A DNA stretch of 64,000 nt from an uncultured Chloroflexia bacterium (GTDB lineage Bacteria > Chloroflexota > Limnocylindria > Limnocylindrales > CSP1-4). Position numbers and translations under genes: made by a program. Of this stretch, positions 29,119 to 38,373 are shown in pieces. The notes under the pieces are model-generated. The model did not search any database. It was given only the letters and a program-made list of their open reading frames with translations, and had not been told where the DNA came from. The DNA lies in NCBI GenBank assembly GCA_963813535.1, contig CAWEZH010000002.1, positions 1,600,001 to 1,664,000 on the forward strand, given 5' to 3'. The number at the start of each line of letters is the position of its first letter. Positions within the stretch are counted from its first letter, which is position 1.

Positions 29119-30065
29119 GTCCTGCCCGCCGTCATCCCGCGCCTGGCGAGGTGCCAGGCGACCTGTCTCGCCAAGCCCTCAGCGGGCTCCACCGTCGGTG
29201 AATAGCCGAGCGCCGCGCGCGCTCGTGCGACGTCAGCGCTCGTGTGGCGCTGGTCACCAGGCCGGGCCGCCTCACGCTCGACGATGGGTTCGACCCCGAT
29301 GTGCTCACCGATCAGCGCGATGGCCTCGTTGAGCGAGATCGTCCTCCCGCCACCGATGTTGTAGATGCCACCCATGGCGCCGCGTTCGAGCGCGAGGATC
29401 GTGCCCGTGACCGCGTCGTCGATGTAGGTGTTCGAGCGGGTCTGCTCTCCGTCCCCGTAGACCGTGATCGGCTGACGGTCGAGCATGGCCTCGATGAACT
29501 TGTGGTACGCCATGTCCGGTCGCTGGCGCGGACCGTAGATCGAGAAGTACCGGATGATCGTGGCGGGGAACTCGTGCAGCGCCACATGGGCCAGGACGAG
29601 CTTCTCGGCGGCGAGCTTCGTGATGCCGTACGGCGATGACGGCTCGAGTGGTCGATCCTCGTCGCCGACGGCCTCGGTCCCGTACACCGACGACGTCGAT
29701 GCGAGCACGAAGCGTCGCACACGGGCACGCCGGGCTGCCTCGATGAGCCGATTGGTCGCCAGGATGTTGCACGACGTGTAGAGCTCGAGGTCGGTCCAGC
29801 TCCGCATCAGGCCGGCCATGGCTGCCTCGTGGAGGATGGCGTCCGCGCCGTCGAGCCACGGGTCGAGATCGTCGGTCCGCAGGTCGACCTCGCCGAAGCG
29901 GAACGACGGCGCGTCGGCCAGCCCGGCGAGGTTGGCCTCCTTCATCGGGCGCGGGTAGTAGTCGATGAAGGCGTCGAGTCCGACGACGTCGTGCCCGGCC
30001 GCGACCAGCGCTTCCGACAACGTCGACCCGATGAACCCGGCTGCGCCGGTGACCACGATCCTCAT
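29115..30065 (-). CDS. NAD-dependent epimerase (UDP-glucuronate 4-epimerase-like)
   Basis: VTGAAGFIG, ASTSSVYG, YGITK, YGPRQRPDMA. Confidence 0.88.
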   Translation of the reverse strand: MRIVVTGAAGFIGSTLSEALVAAGHDVVGLDAFIDYYPRPMKEANLAGLADAPSFRFGEVDLRTDDLDPWLDGADAILHEAAMAGLMRSWTDLELYTSCNILATNRLIEAARRARVRRFVLASTSSVYGTEAVGDEDRPLEPSSPYGITKLAAEKLVLAHVALHEFPATIIRYFSIYGPRQRPDMAYHKFIEAMLDRQPITVYGDGEQTRSNTYIDDAVTGTILALERGAMGGIYNIGGGRTISLNEAIALIGEHIGVEPIVEREAARPGDQRHTSADVARARAALGYSPTVEPAEGLARQVAWHLARRGMTAGRT

Positions 30066-32005
30066 GGCGTCACGTCCTGGGACACACTCACCTCCGATAC
30101 GACGATGGCTTGGATCGGCAGCGCGGGCGGCGTCTCGATGCAGATGGATCCCACGGTCTCGACGGCCGACATCCGCCAGTCCAGTCCGCTTGCGCTTGCC
30201 ACCGCGCCCCCAGTGTCGGTCGTGACCCGCAGGTCGTAGGTCTTGTTCGCCTGGTCGATGATCGCCGTGACGATGAAGAACCGGCCGGTCGGGAGCGTCG
30301 CGGTCGAACGGACCTTCGTCGCCCCATCGAACCACGCGAGGACCTGCTTGTTCGTGACGCGGATGGTGGCCGTCTCGCCGCCGCTGCCCCGGATCGACAG
30401 GATCGTGGCGTCATCGAGAGCCACCCGCGTCAGCCGGATCCGGGCGCGGACCGTCAGAGCGGCACCGGGGATCTCCGGGATGTCGCGGCATGCGCGAACG
30501 TCAGCGCCGGCACTCGCCAGGCGCATGGACTGGCTCCCGGGGCTGTCGGCGATCACCGACAGACGGTTCGGAGGGTCCTCCGGACGCGTGAACCAGCCCG
30601 GAGGTGCGGTCGGGCCGGTCGGCCACGGCTCGAAGGTGTCCCGAAGGAGCGTCGTGGTGGTCTTGGCCGGGGCGGGTGTGGGCGTCTTCGGGCGAGACGG
30701 GTCGGCCGGGTCGGCCTTGGGGGGACCCGCGCCGAGGTCGACGACGCCATGCACGTATCGACCGTTCGTCCGGTCGTTCGCGAGGACGACGATGCCGGAC
30801 TCCGCGGTGAACGGCCCCTTGCTCGATGTCACGTTGTCGACCGTGGGCGCCGTCGTGCTCGAGATCAGCGGCACGCCCTCCCCCGTGTCGAACTCGATCC
30901 GGTCAAGGGGCGAACGCTTGTAGTAGATGACCCCGCCGCTGCCCGGTGACGTCGCGGCGACCGCGATGGTCCCGCCGGTCGGGTCCACGAGGACGATGGG
31001 GCGCGCGTGCCGGTCACGGACCAACCCGACCACCGAGCTGGACCAGTCACCTTCGTCGTCACGCGTGGCCAGCAGGGTGAGCGGATCGAGCGATCGTCCC
31101 CCGGCCGCTTGATCGTGGGTCGTCGCCACCGCCGCCGCGACGCCCGTGTCACCGCTCGGTAGCGGGTACGTGGCCAGATTGAGCTGGTCGTCCGGCAGCG
31201 GCTCATCCAGGATCGACTCGACGGGCGACCAGGCGTCGTCCGGCGCGCCATCTTCGTGCACGCTGAAATGGACCCCGGAGCGCTGGCTTGTCCATGCCAC
31301 CCCGATGCGACCCGGACCGAAGGCGATGACCGACGCGACGTCCGCCGGCGTGATCACCGCCTCCGGCATCGTCAGGGCGACGGGCGGGCTCCAGAGCGTG
31401 GCCTGCTCGAGCGTGTGGCTCAGCCAGACTTTGTCGTCGGCCGTGTAGGCGACCCACAGGACGTCGGTCGAGTCCTTCGCGAGGACGGCGGGGCTGGCGC
31501 CTGTGGGCCGGATGGTGACCGGGAAGTCAGGATCCATCACGTACCGTTTGGAGCCGGCGTCGTACGTGAATCGCCGCATGCGGATCGCGTGGTTCTCCGA
31601 CGGCCGCGAGCCGCCGCTCACGACATAGAGATGCGCGCCATCCCACAGGACATCGGCATCCGCGATCGGCCGCTCGTCGATGAGGGTCCCGGTGTCCGCC
31701 CAGACATGGGTCGCCGGGTCGAGTGCGAAGATCCCGAGTCGGTTCGTCGTGGGACCGAACAAGGCCCCCCACCACTTGCCCTGGGCGAACCAGAGCTTCG
31801 ACTGGGCGGTGCTCGTCGTCGGCGACCGCACGACCTCGGCGTCGACGGCAAAGTCGGGAAACGTGATCCCGGCGGTCGGCGGCGGGACCACGCCGTCGCT
31901 CGCGAGGGACGCCGTCGGACCCACGGTGGGGAGCGGGCCGGTCGGCGTAGGGGCCTGTCGGGCGAGCGCCATCAACGCGACGATCGAGCCACCGATGACG
32001 ACCAC
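30062..32005 (-). CDS. Large membrane-anchored/exported protein of unknown function (propeller-like plus beta-sandwich); start may be further upstream
   Basis: N-terminal hydrophobic helix, QSKLWF..GKWW motif, Trp-rich beta repeats, Pro/Thr linker; stop overlaps the epimerase start. Confidence 0.7.
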   Translation of the reverse strand: MVVIGGSIVALMALARQAPTPTGPLPTVGPTASLASDGVVPPPTAGITFPDFAVDAEVVRSPTTSTAQSKLWFAQGKWWGALFGPTTNRLGIFALDPATHVWADTGTLIDERPIADADVLWDGAHLYVVSGGSRPSENHAIRMRRFTYDAGSKRYVMDPDFPVTIRPTGASPAVLAKDSTDVLWVAYTADDKVWLSHTLEQATLWSPPVALTMPEAVITPADVASVIAFGPGRIGVAWTSQRSGVHFSVHEDGAPDDAWSPVESILDEPLPDDQLNLATYPLPSGDTGVAAAVATTHDQAAGGRSLDPLTLLATRDDEGDWSSSVVGLVRDRHARPIVLVDPTGGTIAVAATSPGSGGVIYYKRSPLDRIEFDTGEGVPLISSTTAPTVDNVTSSKGPFTAESGIVVLANDRTNGRYVHGVVDLGAGPPKADPADPSRPKTPTPAPAKTTTTLLRDTFEPWPTGPTAPPGWFTRPEDPPNRLSVIADSPGSQSMRLASAGADVRACRDIPEIPGAALTVRARIRLTRVALDDATILSIRGSGGETATIRVTNKQVLAWFDGATKVRSTATLPTGRFFIVTAIIDQANKTYDLRVTTDTGGAVASASGLDWRMSAVETVGSICIETPPALPIQAIVVSEVSVSQDVTP

Positions 32006-32134
32006 GAGGGCACCAAGGGCGAACCAGGTGCGCGGTGATACGTTCGTGACGACTTCCCCCTTAGTCCGGTCGACACCCGGTCATGGTCGCGGAGTGTACG
32101 ACGGGACTCGCCCGCGCGACCCTCGGGTGATGCA

Positions 32135-33163
32135 TCAACGCACCACGTCGAGGACACCGGCCCACGCGAGTTGGGCGCGGACCAGCGGTACGCTCGCTCG
32201 GCCGCCGACGTTGATCCGGCGGATCCGGTACCGGTCGGCCCGACGCATGTCGTTGCCACCTCGGCGTGTGGTCATGGCCAGTTCCATGCCGGCCCGACGT
32301 GCGGCCTCGACGGCGGATTCCCCATGGGCGCCACTGGGGTAGGCCAGGACCGGGACCGGTGCCGCGATCGCTCCCGTCTCGCGCTCCAGGTCCCTGGAAG
32401 AACCGGCGATCTCGTCGACCGCCCGCTCGATGTCGACGCGGTCGAGGAGTGGATGGTGGCGCGTGTGCGGGGCGAGCGTGACACCCTCGCCCGCCAGCCG
32501 ACGGAGGTCGTCCCAATCGAGGACCGCCGGCTCAGTCGCGGCGTCGCCCGCGATGTCCAGCGCGTCGACTATCCTGGCCACCTCGGACAGCGTGGCTTCA
32601 TGGTCGAGGTCCTTCAGCCACGCCCGAAGCTGGCCGACGGTGGACGTTGCCGCGTCGGCCCCGACCGGAAACACGCCGATCGGCGTCTCGAGCGACGTCC
32701 GCGTCGTCGTCCGGACGGCGGCCCACAGCCGGTCCCACCAGAAGCGCATCGACGGATCCGCGCTGAATGCCGTGGCGACGAACAAGGTGGCCGGCACCGA
32801 CGCCGCTCGCAGCACGGGCCAGGCATTGCTGGCGAAGTCGCGATAGCCGTCGTCGAAGGTCACCAGCACGGCTCGGCGTGGCAGCCGACGCGGGTCGTCG
32901 AGCGCCGCCAGGACATCCCGCATGGACACCGGATCGAACTCCCGGGCGACCATCGCGACCTGCGCTGCGAGATCGGCCGGCGTTGCCGAGATGAGGCTCG
33001 GCATGAGGTCCGGGCGCGCGTCCGGCTCGTCGACGCGGTGGTAGGTCAGGATCGTCAGGACGCCCCGGCGTCGCGGCAACGCCCGATCGACGAGGGTCGA
33101 GGCCGCGCCGGCAAGCGGGCCCCGGCCTGCGGCGGAGACGACGCGACGGAGGCGATCAGCCAT
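32135..33163 (-). CDS. Polysaccharide deacetylase (CE4, PgaB/IcaB-like)
   Basis: LTYHRV, VTFDDGY, HTRHHP, LAYPSG. Confidence 0.88.
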   Translation of the reverse strand: MADRLRRVVSAAGRGPLAGAASTLVDRALPRRRGVLTILTYHRVDEPDARPDLMPSLISATPADLAAQVAMVAREFDPVSMRDVLAALDDPRRLPRRAVLVTFDDGYRDFASNAWPVLRAASVPATLFVATAFSADPSMRFWWDRLWAAVRTTTRTSLETPIGVFPVGADAATSTVGQLRAWLKDLDHEATLSEVARIVDALDIAGDAATEPAVLDWDDLRRLAGEGVTLAPHTRHHPLLDRVDIERAVDEIAGSSRDLERETGAIAAPVPVLAYPSGAHGESAVEAARRAGMELAMTTRRGGNDMRRADRYRIRRINVGGRASVPLVRAQLAWAGVLDVVR

Positions 33164-34397
33164 CGGACCGCCGCGTGCCGCGCAGCCCATCGCGAGCGAT
33201 CGTGACCAGCTGTGCGAGACCGGGTGCGGGGTCGGACCAGGTCATCAGGTCATCGCCGATCCGGGGATCGAGCAGATGCACAAGCGCCCCGATGGCATCC
33301 GAGCGGCGGGGCCACGGCATGCCGCGCTGTCGTCGACGGCCGGACAGCACCGCGCCGATCCAGGCCATCTCGAGGCGAAGGTTCCGGGCACGGACGCCGC
33401 GCCGGTAGTCGGTGTCGACGGCTGGATCGTCGGGCGGCCGCGCCGTCGGGTGCATCAGCAGATCGGCGAGCCGCGCCGGGAAGTCCATCCCGGCTCGTGA
33501 TGCCAGGGGCAACGACCCCCAGACCCGGCCGTTGATCTCCATGAGGTAGCCCACGCCGTCGTGGCCGCGCCGGAACTCGACCATGGCGAGCCCGGTCCAG
33601 TCGAGCTCGTGCAGGAGACGGACCGCATGGTCGTACAAGTCGTCGTCGAGCTCGGCGCTCACTCGCAGCGAGCTGGCCCCGCCGGTGGGCGGCACCTCGC
33701 GGAGACGGCGGTGCTGGAAGGCCGCGAGCGGCCGGCCGTGGTCCATGAGTAGCTCGACCCCGACGCCCTCGCCCGGCGTCCAGCGCTGGAGGAGCACCGG
33801 GGTTCCGCTCGCGATCGCAGCGAGTCGCCCGCGCAGATCGGAGGCATCGACGGCATAGCCGACGACGTAGGAGCGGATCGTCCGGTCGGGCAGGACCTGT
33901 CGCGAGGCGACCGGCTTCACGACGACGGGGTAGCCCAGCTCCGCGGCCACCGACTCGATGTCGTCGCCGGCCGTCACCGTCCGGGTCGGCGGGAGCGGAA
34001 CGCCAAGCCGCTCCGCGAGTGCCATCGTGGCGGACTTGTCGTGCGTGGCGGCGAGACCGTCAGGGTCGGGGACCGCCAGGGTCGTCAGACCTGCGAATCG
34101 TTCACGCGCTTCGGCGATCGGCAGACCGAGCTCGTCCGTGATCGGGACGACCAGGTCGATACCCGCGCTCTCCACGCGCGCCCGGATGGCCTCGACCACG
34201 TCATCGGGTCGGTCGGTCGGTCGGGGATAGAGCAGTCGGTCGGTGGCGAACCGTGAGCGGAAGCCCGGGCTGGCCGGGTCCGAATCGGCGGCGGTCACCC
34301 GCCAGCCGAGCCGGCCCAGCGAGCGGATGAAGGCGATGGCGCTGCCTCGACCGGCGTCGGTGATGAGCGCGTGGGGCTGTTTGCCGCTCCGGCTCAT
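33156..34397 (-). CDS. ATP-grasp ligase family protein
   Basis: HDKSAT, GYPVVVKP, LLQRWTPG, MVEFR, LMEINGRVWGS. Confidence 0.85.
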   Translation of the reverse strand: MSRSGKQPHALITDAGRGSAIAFIRSLGRLGWRVTAADSDPASPGFRSRFATDRLLYPRPTDRPDDVVEAIRARVESAGIDLVVPITDELGLPIAEARERFAGLTTLAVPDPDGLAATHDKSATMALAERLGVPLPPTRTVTAGDDIESVAAELGYPVVVKPVASRQVLPDRTIRSYVVGYAVDASDLRGRLAAIASGTPVLLQRWTPGEGVGVELLMDHGRPLAAFQHRRLREVPPTGGASSLRVSAELDDDLYDHAVRLLHELDWTGLAMVEFRRGHDGVGYLMEINGRVWGSLPLASRAGMDFPARLADLLMHPTARPPDDPAVDTDYRRGVRARNLRLEMAWIGAVLSGRRRQRGMPWPRRSDAIGALVHLLDPRIGDDLMTWSDPAPGLAQLVTIARDGLRGTRRSDG

Positions 34398-35101
34398 CGG
34401 TCCTCCGGCGGCGCAGCGGCGTGGCCGGGCAAGCGCGAGACGATGATCTCGGCCACCCGGTCCGTGACCGCGTCGACCGGCTGCGTGGCGTCGACCTCGA
34501 CGAAGTCGTCGACGTGACCGGCGATCGCCCGGTACTCGTCGCGCCGGCGCTCGAGCGCCTCGACGGTCCCCTCCCCCTTGCGCGCGAGGAGGACCTCGCC
34601 CGGGGCATCGAGATAGATGACGAGGTCCGGCCGCGGGTACAGGCGACCCAGGACGAGGCCGTGCAGCCGCTGCGACCACGACCGGTCGCCCGCGTCATCG
34701 TCGACGTCGTACGCGTGGTAGTCGACGAAGAAATGCCGGTCGAACAGCACGATCGCGCCGGATCGCGTCCACCGCCAGGCCAGCCACTGGCGGTACCACT
34801 CCTCGGCAAAACGGTTTCCCACCCGCAGCGCGGCCCGGACGTCGGCCACGCGACGACGGACGAACGACGTCGAACGCGGCCGCCTGGGACCGTGCGAAGG
34901 TGGCCCGGCGGTGTCCGGAGCCGCCCCGCGAGCGCGCTTGATACGCCGGGCGAGCCTGGTCGTCGGAAGCATGACGTTGCTCGAATCGGTGCTCACGCCC
35001 ATGTACAGGTAGCGGACCGGGACCGGGAGCAACGGCGGCAGGCCGCGCGCGACCGTGGTCTTGCCCGCCCCGTCCGGCCCGATCAGGGCGACGGTCGTCA
35101 T
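34394..35101 (-). CDS. Thymidylate-kinase-like P-loop kinase
   Basis: GPDGAGKTT Walker A, LFDRH, PDLVIYLDAP. Confidence 0.8.
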   Translation of the reverse strand: MTTVALIGPDGAGKTTVARGLPPLLPVPVRYLYMGVSTDSSNVMLPTTRLARRIKRARGAAPDTAGPPSHGPRRPRSTSFVRRRVADVRAALRVGNRFAEEWYRQWLAWRWTRSGAIVLFDRHFFVDYHAYDVDDDAGDRSWSQRLHGLVLGRLYPRPDLVIYLDAPGEVLLARKGEGTVEALERRRDEYRAIAGHVDDFVEVDATQPVDAVTDRVAEIIVSRLPGHAAAPPEDR

Positions 35102-36213
35102 GTGGGCGCGATCGCCGGCCGAACGGCCTCGAAGAGCGCGTGGATATCGACCGGGTACGGATGCGTCACGATGCAGGCCGGGCGCCCGGCGAAGATCCGT
35201 TCGAGCAATTCGCGCTGCCGCGCTTCGAAGGTCGCGAGGAACTCGTTGGTCATCGCCGGGTGTGCGAACCGTGCCTGTTCCATGAGTGCCAGTAGATCTC
35301 GTCGCTCATACATCAGCGAGGCGACCATCCGGGCAGCGACGTCGAGTGGGTCGGTGGGCACGACGGTCGTCTCATCGCCCGCAGCGCTGACGACGAACAG
35401 GATGCGGTCCAGGCTGCCCGTCATGTCGCCGATGTCGCCGAAGAGGGTCTCCGGCGGAAGGTCCACGTGGAGCTGGTCCTCGAGGACGGGCATCGCGCGA
35501 CGCAGGAGGCTGCCGGGCGGCAGGCGCCTTACCGGACCCGGCATGGCGCGGTCGACCCGGCGCAGGGCGGGGATGCCGCGCAGCTTGACGTGGTCACCGA
35601 GCCCGAGGTTCTCACGCACCTCCGGAAGCTGTTTCAGATGCCAGTCCCACAGCCGGATGGGCTCCGGGATGCCGTGCATGCGACCGTCGGCGGTCAGGTA
35701 GACCCATTCGTCGCCGATGTATCGCGCGCCAGCACCCGCAGCCGCCATCAGCAACTCGGTCTTGCCGCCCTTCGACCAGCCCGTGACGAGCGTGCCGACC
35801 CCGTCGAGCTCGAAGGCAGCCGCATGGAGCGGGAGTGCTCCGTTCACGAGGACCGTGAGGTTGAGGATCGCGATGAGGAAGGGCACGGCCGGGACACCGC
35901 GCTCGCAGACGATCTCGCAGCGACCGCCGATGCGATCCATCGGGATGCGCACGACGACGGGCTTCTTGCGGCTCCGCAGCACGTAGAAGCCGTCATCGGT
36001 CCAACCGGCCTCGCGGGCGCCGAGATAGCGAAGGCGAGATCGATCATCGACGCGATCGACGAAGCGGATCGTGATCTCCGGCTCTCGGTCGAGCGTGCGC
36101 GGCAGCGGACCGAGCTGCCGCTCGATGGCACGGATATCGGACGTGCCGGCGTCGAGGACACGCACGCCTGCCAAACCATGGAGATCGAAATCGACGGTGT
36201 CGCGCTGGGTCAT
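35098..36213 (-). CDS. HPr-kinase/PEPCK-like P-loop protein of unknown function
   Basis: LHAAA...GWSKGGKT...YIGDEWV pattern typical of HprK-related folds. Confidence 0.65.
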   Translation of the reverse strand: MTQRDTVDFDLHGLAGVRVLDAGTSDIRAIERQLGPLPRTLDREPEITIRFVDRVDDRSRLRYLGAREAGWTDDGFYVLRSRKKPVVVRIPMDRIGGRCEIVCERGVPAVPFLIAILNLTVLVNGALPLHAAAFELDGVGTLVTGWSKGGKTELLMAAAGAGARYIGDEWVYLTADGRMHGIPEPIRLWDWHLKQLPEVRENLGLGDHVKLRGIPALRRVDRAMPGPVRRLPPGSLLRRAMPVLEDQLHVDLPPETLFGDIGDMTGSLDRILFVVSAAGDETTVVPTDPLDVAARMVASLMYERRDLLALMEQARFAHPAMTNEFLATFEARQRELLERIFAGRPACIVTHPYPVDIHALFEAVRPAIAPT

Positions 36214-36368
36214 CGGGCCTCGCGCGCTGGCTCGTGGGACATGGACGCCTCGTGAGGGCTGGGAATGGCTCGCCGGCGGCCCCCCGGTCGCGACGACGAG
36301 GGACAGTACATCACGCGACCGGACGGAAGGGTCTCGCCGTCGTGACGTCGTGCCGCTACGATGCGCGC

Positions 36369-36641
36369 GTGCAGGATCTCGAACTCATCCTCATCACCGC
36401 GGGCGTGATCATCTCCGCGGCATATATCGTTGCCCAGGCACGGTCCCGGGGCACCACCGACCACATCGTGGTGCGCCTGCTTCTCGGGCTGATCCCGGCC
36501 GTCATGGCGGTCAGCGTCGTGCTCATCAACCGGTATGACGTCGTTCCCGACGATGCCGAGCAGCCGCTATGGCTCATCGCGATCGTCCTCGTCTCTGCTG
36601 CGCTCATCGTCGGCACGGGTTACCGGCTCGCCAGGCACTGA
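36369..36641 (+). CDS. Small three-TM membrane protein, hypothetical
   Basis: Three hydrophobic helices; TACGAT hexamer 6 nt before the GTG. Confidence 0.65.
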   Translation: MQDLELILITAGVIISAAYIVAQARSRGTTDHIVVRLLLGLIPAVMAVSVVLINRYDVVPDDAEQPLWLIAIVLVSAALIVGTGYRLARH

Positions 36642-36798
36642 CGGTCACGCCAGCGGCTGACGGCCTCGCACGCTCAAGCCTGCGCATGCGCGCGGCGGTG
36701 TCCATCCGCACCATGGTCATGGCCCATCTGGTCCAGTACCGACACCGAACCGGTATCCTTGCCGCGATCAGCCCGTAGGGGCTTCCAAAGGGGGTTGC

Positions 36799-38343
36799 GT
36801 GGAACTCACCGGTTATCTCGCGGTCGCGCGTCGCTGGTGGTGGACGCTTCTGGTGGCGACGTGGGTCGCCGGCGTCTCCGGCTACGTGGTCGCGTCGCAG
36901 ATCCCGCCGACGTACGAGGCGGAAACACAGCTGCTCATCGGTCCGTACAACACCGACCGGGACACGCTGGCGGCGTCGGGCGACCTCGTCCAGACCTATT
37001 CGCAGCTCGTCACGACGACGCCGCTGCTGTCGTCCGCGATCAGTGAGGCCGGGGCCAGCCTGACGCCGGCCGAACTCGCCATGGCCACGCGCGTCACCGC
37101 GAGCGACACGACGCGCTTCTTGAGCATCCGCGTCCAGGACACGAATCCGGAGATGGCGGCCCGGCTCGCGAACGCCCTCGCCGATGAGATCACGGCCCTG
37201 GCATCCCGTGGCACGAGCCGACCAGAGGGTCAGATCCAGCCGGTCGATTTCGCCGTCCCCCCGACGGAGCCGATCGCGCCGCAGAAGTCGTTGATCGTCG
37301 GCCTCGCGGCCCTCGCCGCCCTGATCGGCGCGATGGTCCTCGTGATGCTCGTGGAATACCTGAGCGCAGCCGTGCGTTCAGAGGACGAGCTCACCCGGCT
37401 GACCGGCCTGTCACATCTCGGGAACGTCGACATCAGTCGCTCCCTCCCGTCTGGTGATCGTGGACTCCTCGACAAGGCACCGGATTCGGCCGCGGCCGCC
37501 GCGTATCGGCTCGTCCTCGCCAAGGCGGCCTTCCTCGAGCGCGGGCGTGCCGCACGCTCGATCGTCGTCGTCGGAGCGGGATCTGATAGCGCCAGCAGCC
37601 AGGTCGCGGCGAACCTCGCCGCCATCACGGCGCGAGCCGGTCGGCAGGTCGTCCTCGTCGACTACGACTCGAGCGATGCGTCGGTCACACGCATCTTCGG
37701 TCTCTACGACCGCACCGGTGTGACCGATCTCGTCGACGCCTCCCCGGCCGATGTCTCGAGCCGGCTCGTGCGTGTCTCGTCCACGCTCCGGGTGCTGCCG
37801 TTCGGGCTCTCGGAGGATCCCGACACGATCGACGTCGCGCGCGCCTCGGCGGTCATCGCCACGCTCGTGGAGCACGCCGATCTCGTCATGATCAATGGCG
37901 GTGTCCTGCACCTGTCGGCCGGCGCCCTGGCCTGGGCCCAGGCGGCCGATACGGCCATCCTCGTCGCCGTGCGCGACCACGCCCGACGCGACGACATCGA
38001 GTACGCCGCCGAAAGCCTGCGTCTCGTCGGCGTGGAGGTCGCCGGGACCGTCCTTGCCGAGCGCAAGCGTGGCCTCGGTCGAGGCCGAGCCCGTGGCGGT
38101 GACCGCCCGCGTCCGGCTCCGGACACCCCCGGTGGTGGGACCCGTTCGACGCGCGAAGCTCCCCGCCCCTCGTACCCCGAGCCTGAACCGCTCAGCGACT
38201 ACCGGCCGCAGCCCGTGCCGGACACCTATCGCGAATCGACCGTGCGGATCGACGCCGAGGCGCTGCCCGATGACGAACCGGAGCCGACCACCCCGGCCCG
38301 CCGCGCACCGCGCCGTCGTGGCGACGCGCAGCCGAACGCCTAG
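36799..38343 (+). CDS. Wzz/Wzc-like polysaccharide co-polymerase with degenerate kinase domain
   Basis: MELTGYL..RRWW, PPTYEA, second TM, VAANLA, VVLVDYD. The Walker A GK is absent and there is no Tyr cluster. Confidence 0.8.
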   Translation: MELTGYLAVARRWWWTLLVATWVAGVSGYVVASQIPPTYEAETQLLIGPYNTDRDTLAASGDLVQTYSQLVTTTPLLSSAISEAGASLTPAELAMATRVTASDTTRFLSIRVQDTNPEMAARLANALADEITALASRGTSRPEGQIQPVDFAVPPTEPIAPQKSLIVGLAALAALIGAMVLVMLVEYLSAAVRSEDELTRLTGLSHLGNVDISRSLPSGDRGLLDKAPDSAAAAAYRLVLAKAAFLERGRAARSIVVVGAGSDSASSQVAANLAAITARAGRQVVLVDYDSSDASVTRIFGLYDRTGVTDLVDASPADVSSRLVRVSSTLRVLPFGLSEDPDTIDVARASAVIATLVEHADLVMINGGVLHLSAGALAWAQAADTAILVAVRDHARRDDIEYAAESLRLVGVEVAGTVLAERKRGLGRGRARGGDRPRPAPDTPGGGTRSTREAPRPSYPEPEPLSDYRPQPVPDTYRESTVRIDAEALPDDEPEPTTPARRAPRRRGDAQPNA

Positions 38344-38373
38344 TCGAATAGGCAGACCGCTCGGACACACGCC

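Noticed and set aside
33156-36641. RiPP cluster (ATP-grasp or lasso type) suggested by ATP-grasp plus HprK-like kinase
   Set aside because: No precursor peptide, PqqD/RRE, lasso cyclase or peptidase was seen; the context is polysaccharide biosynthesis.
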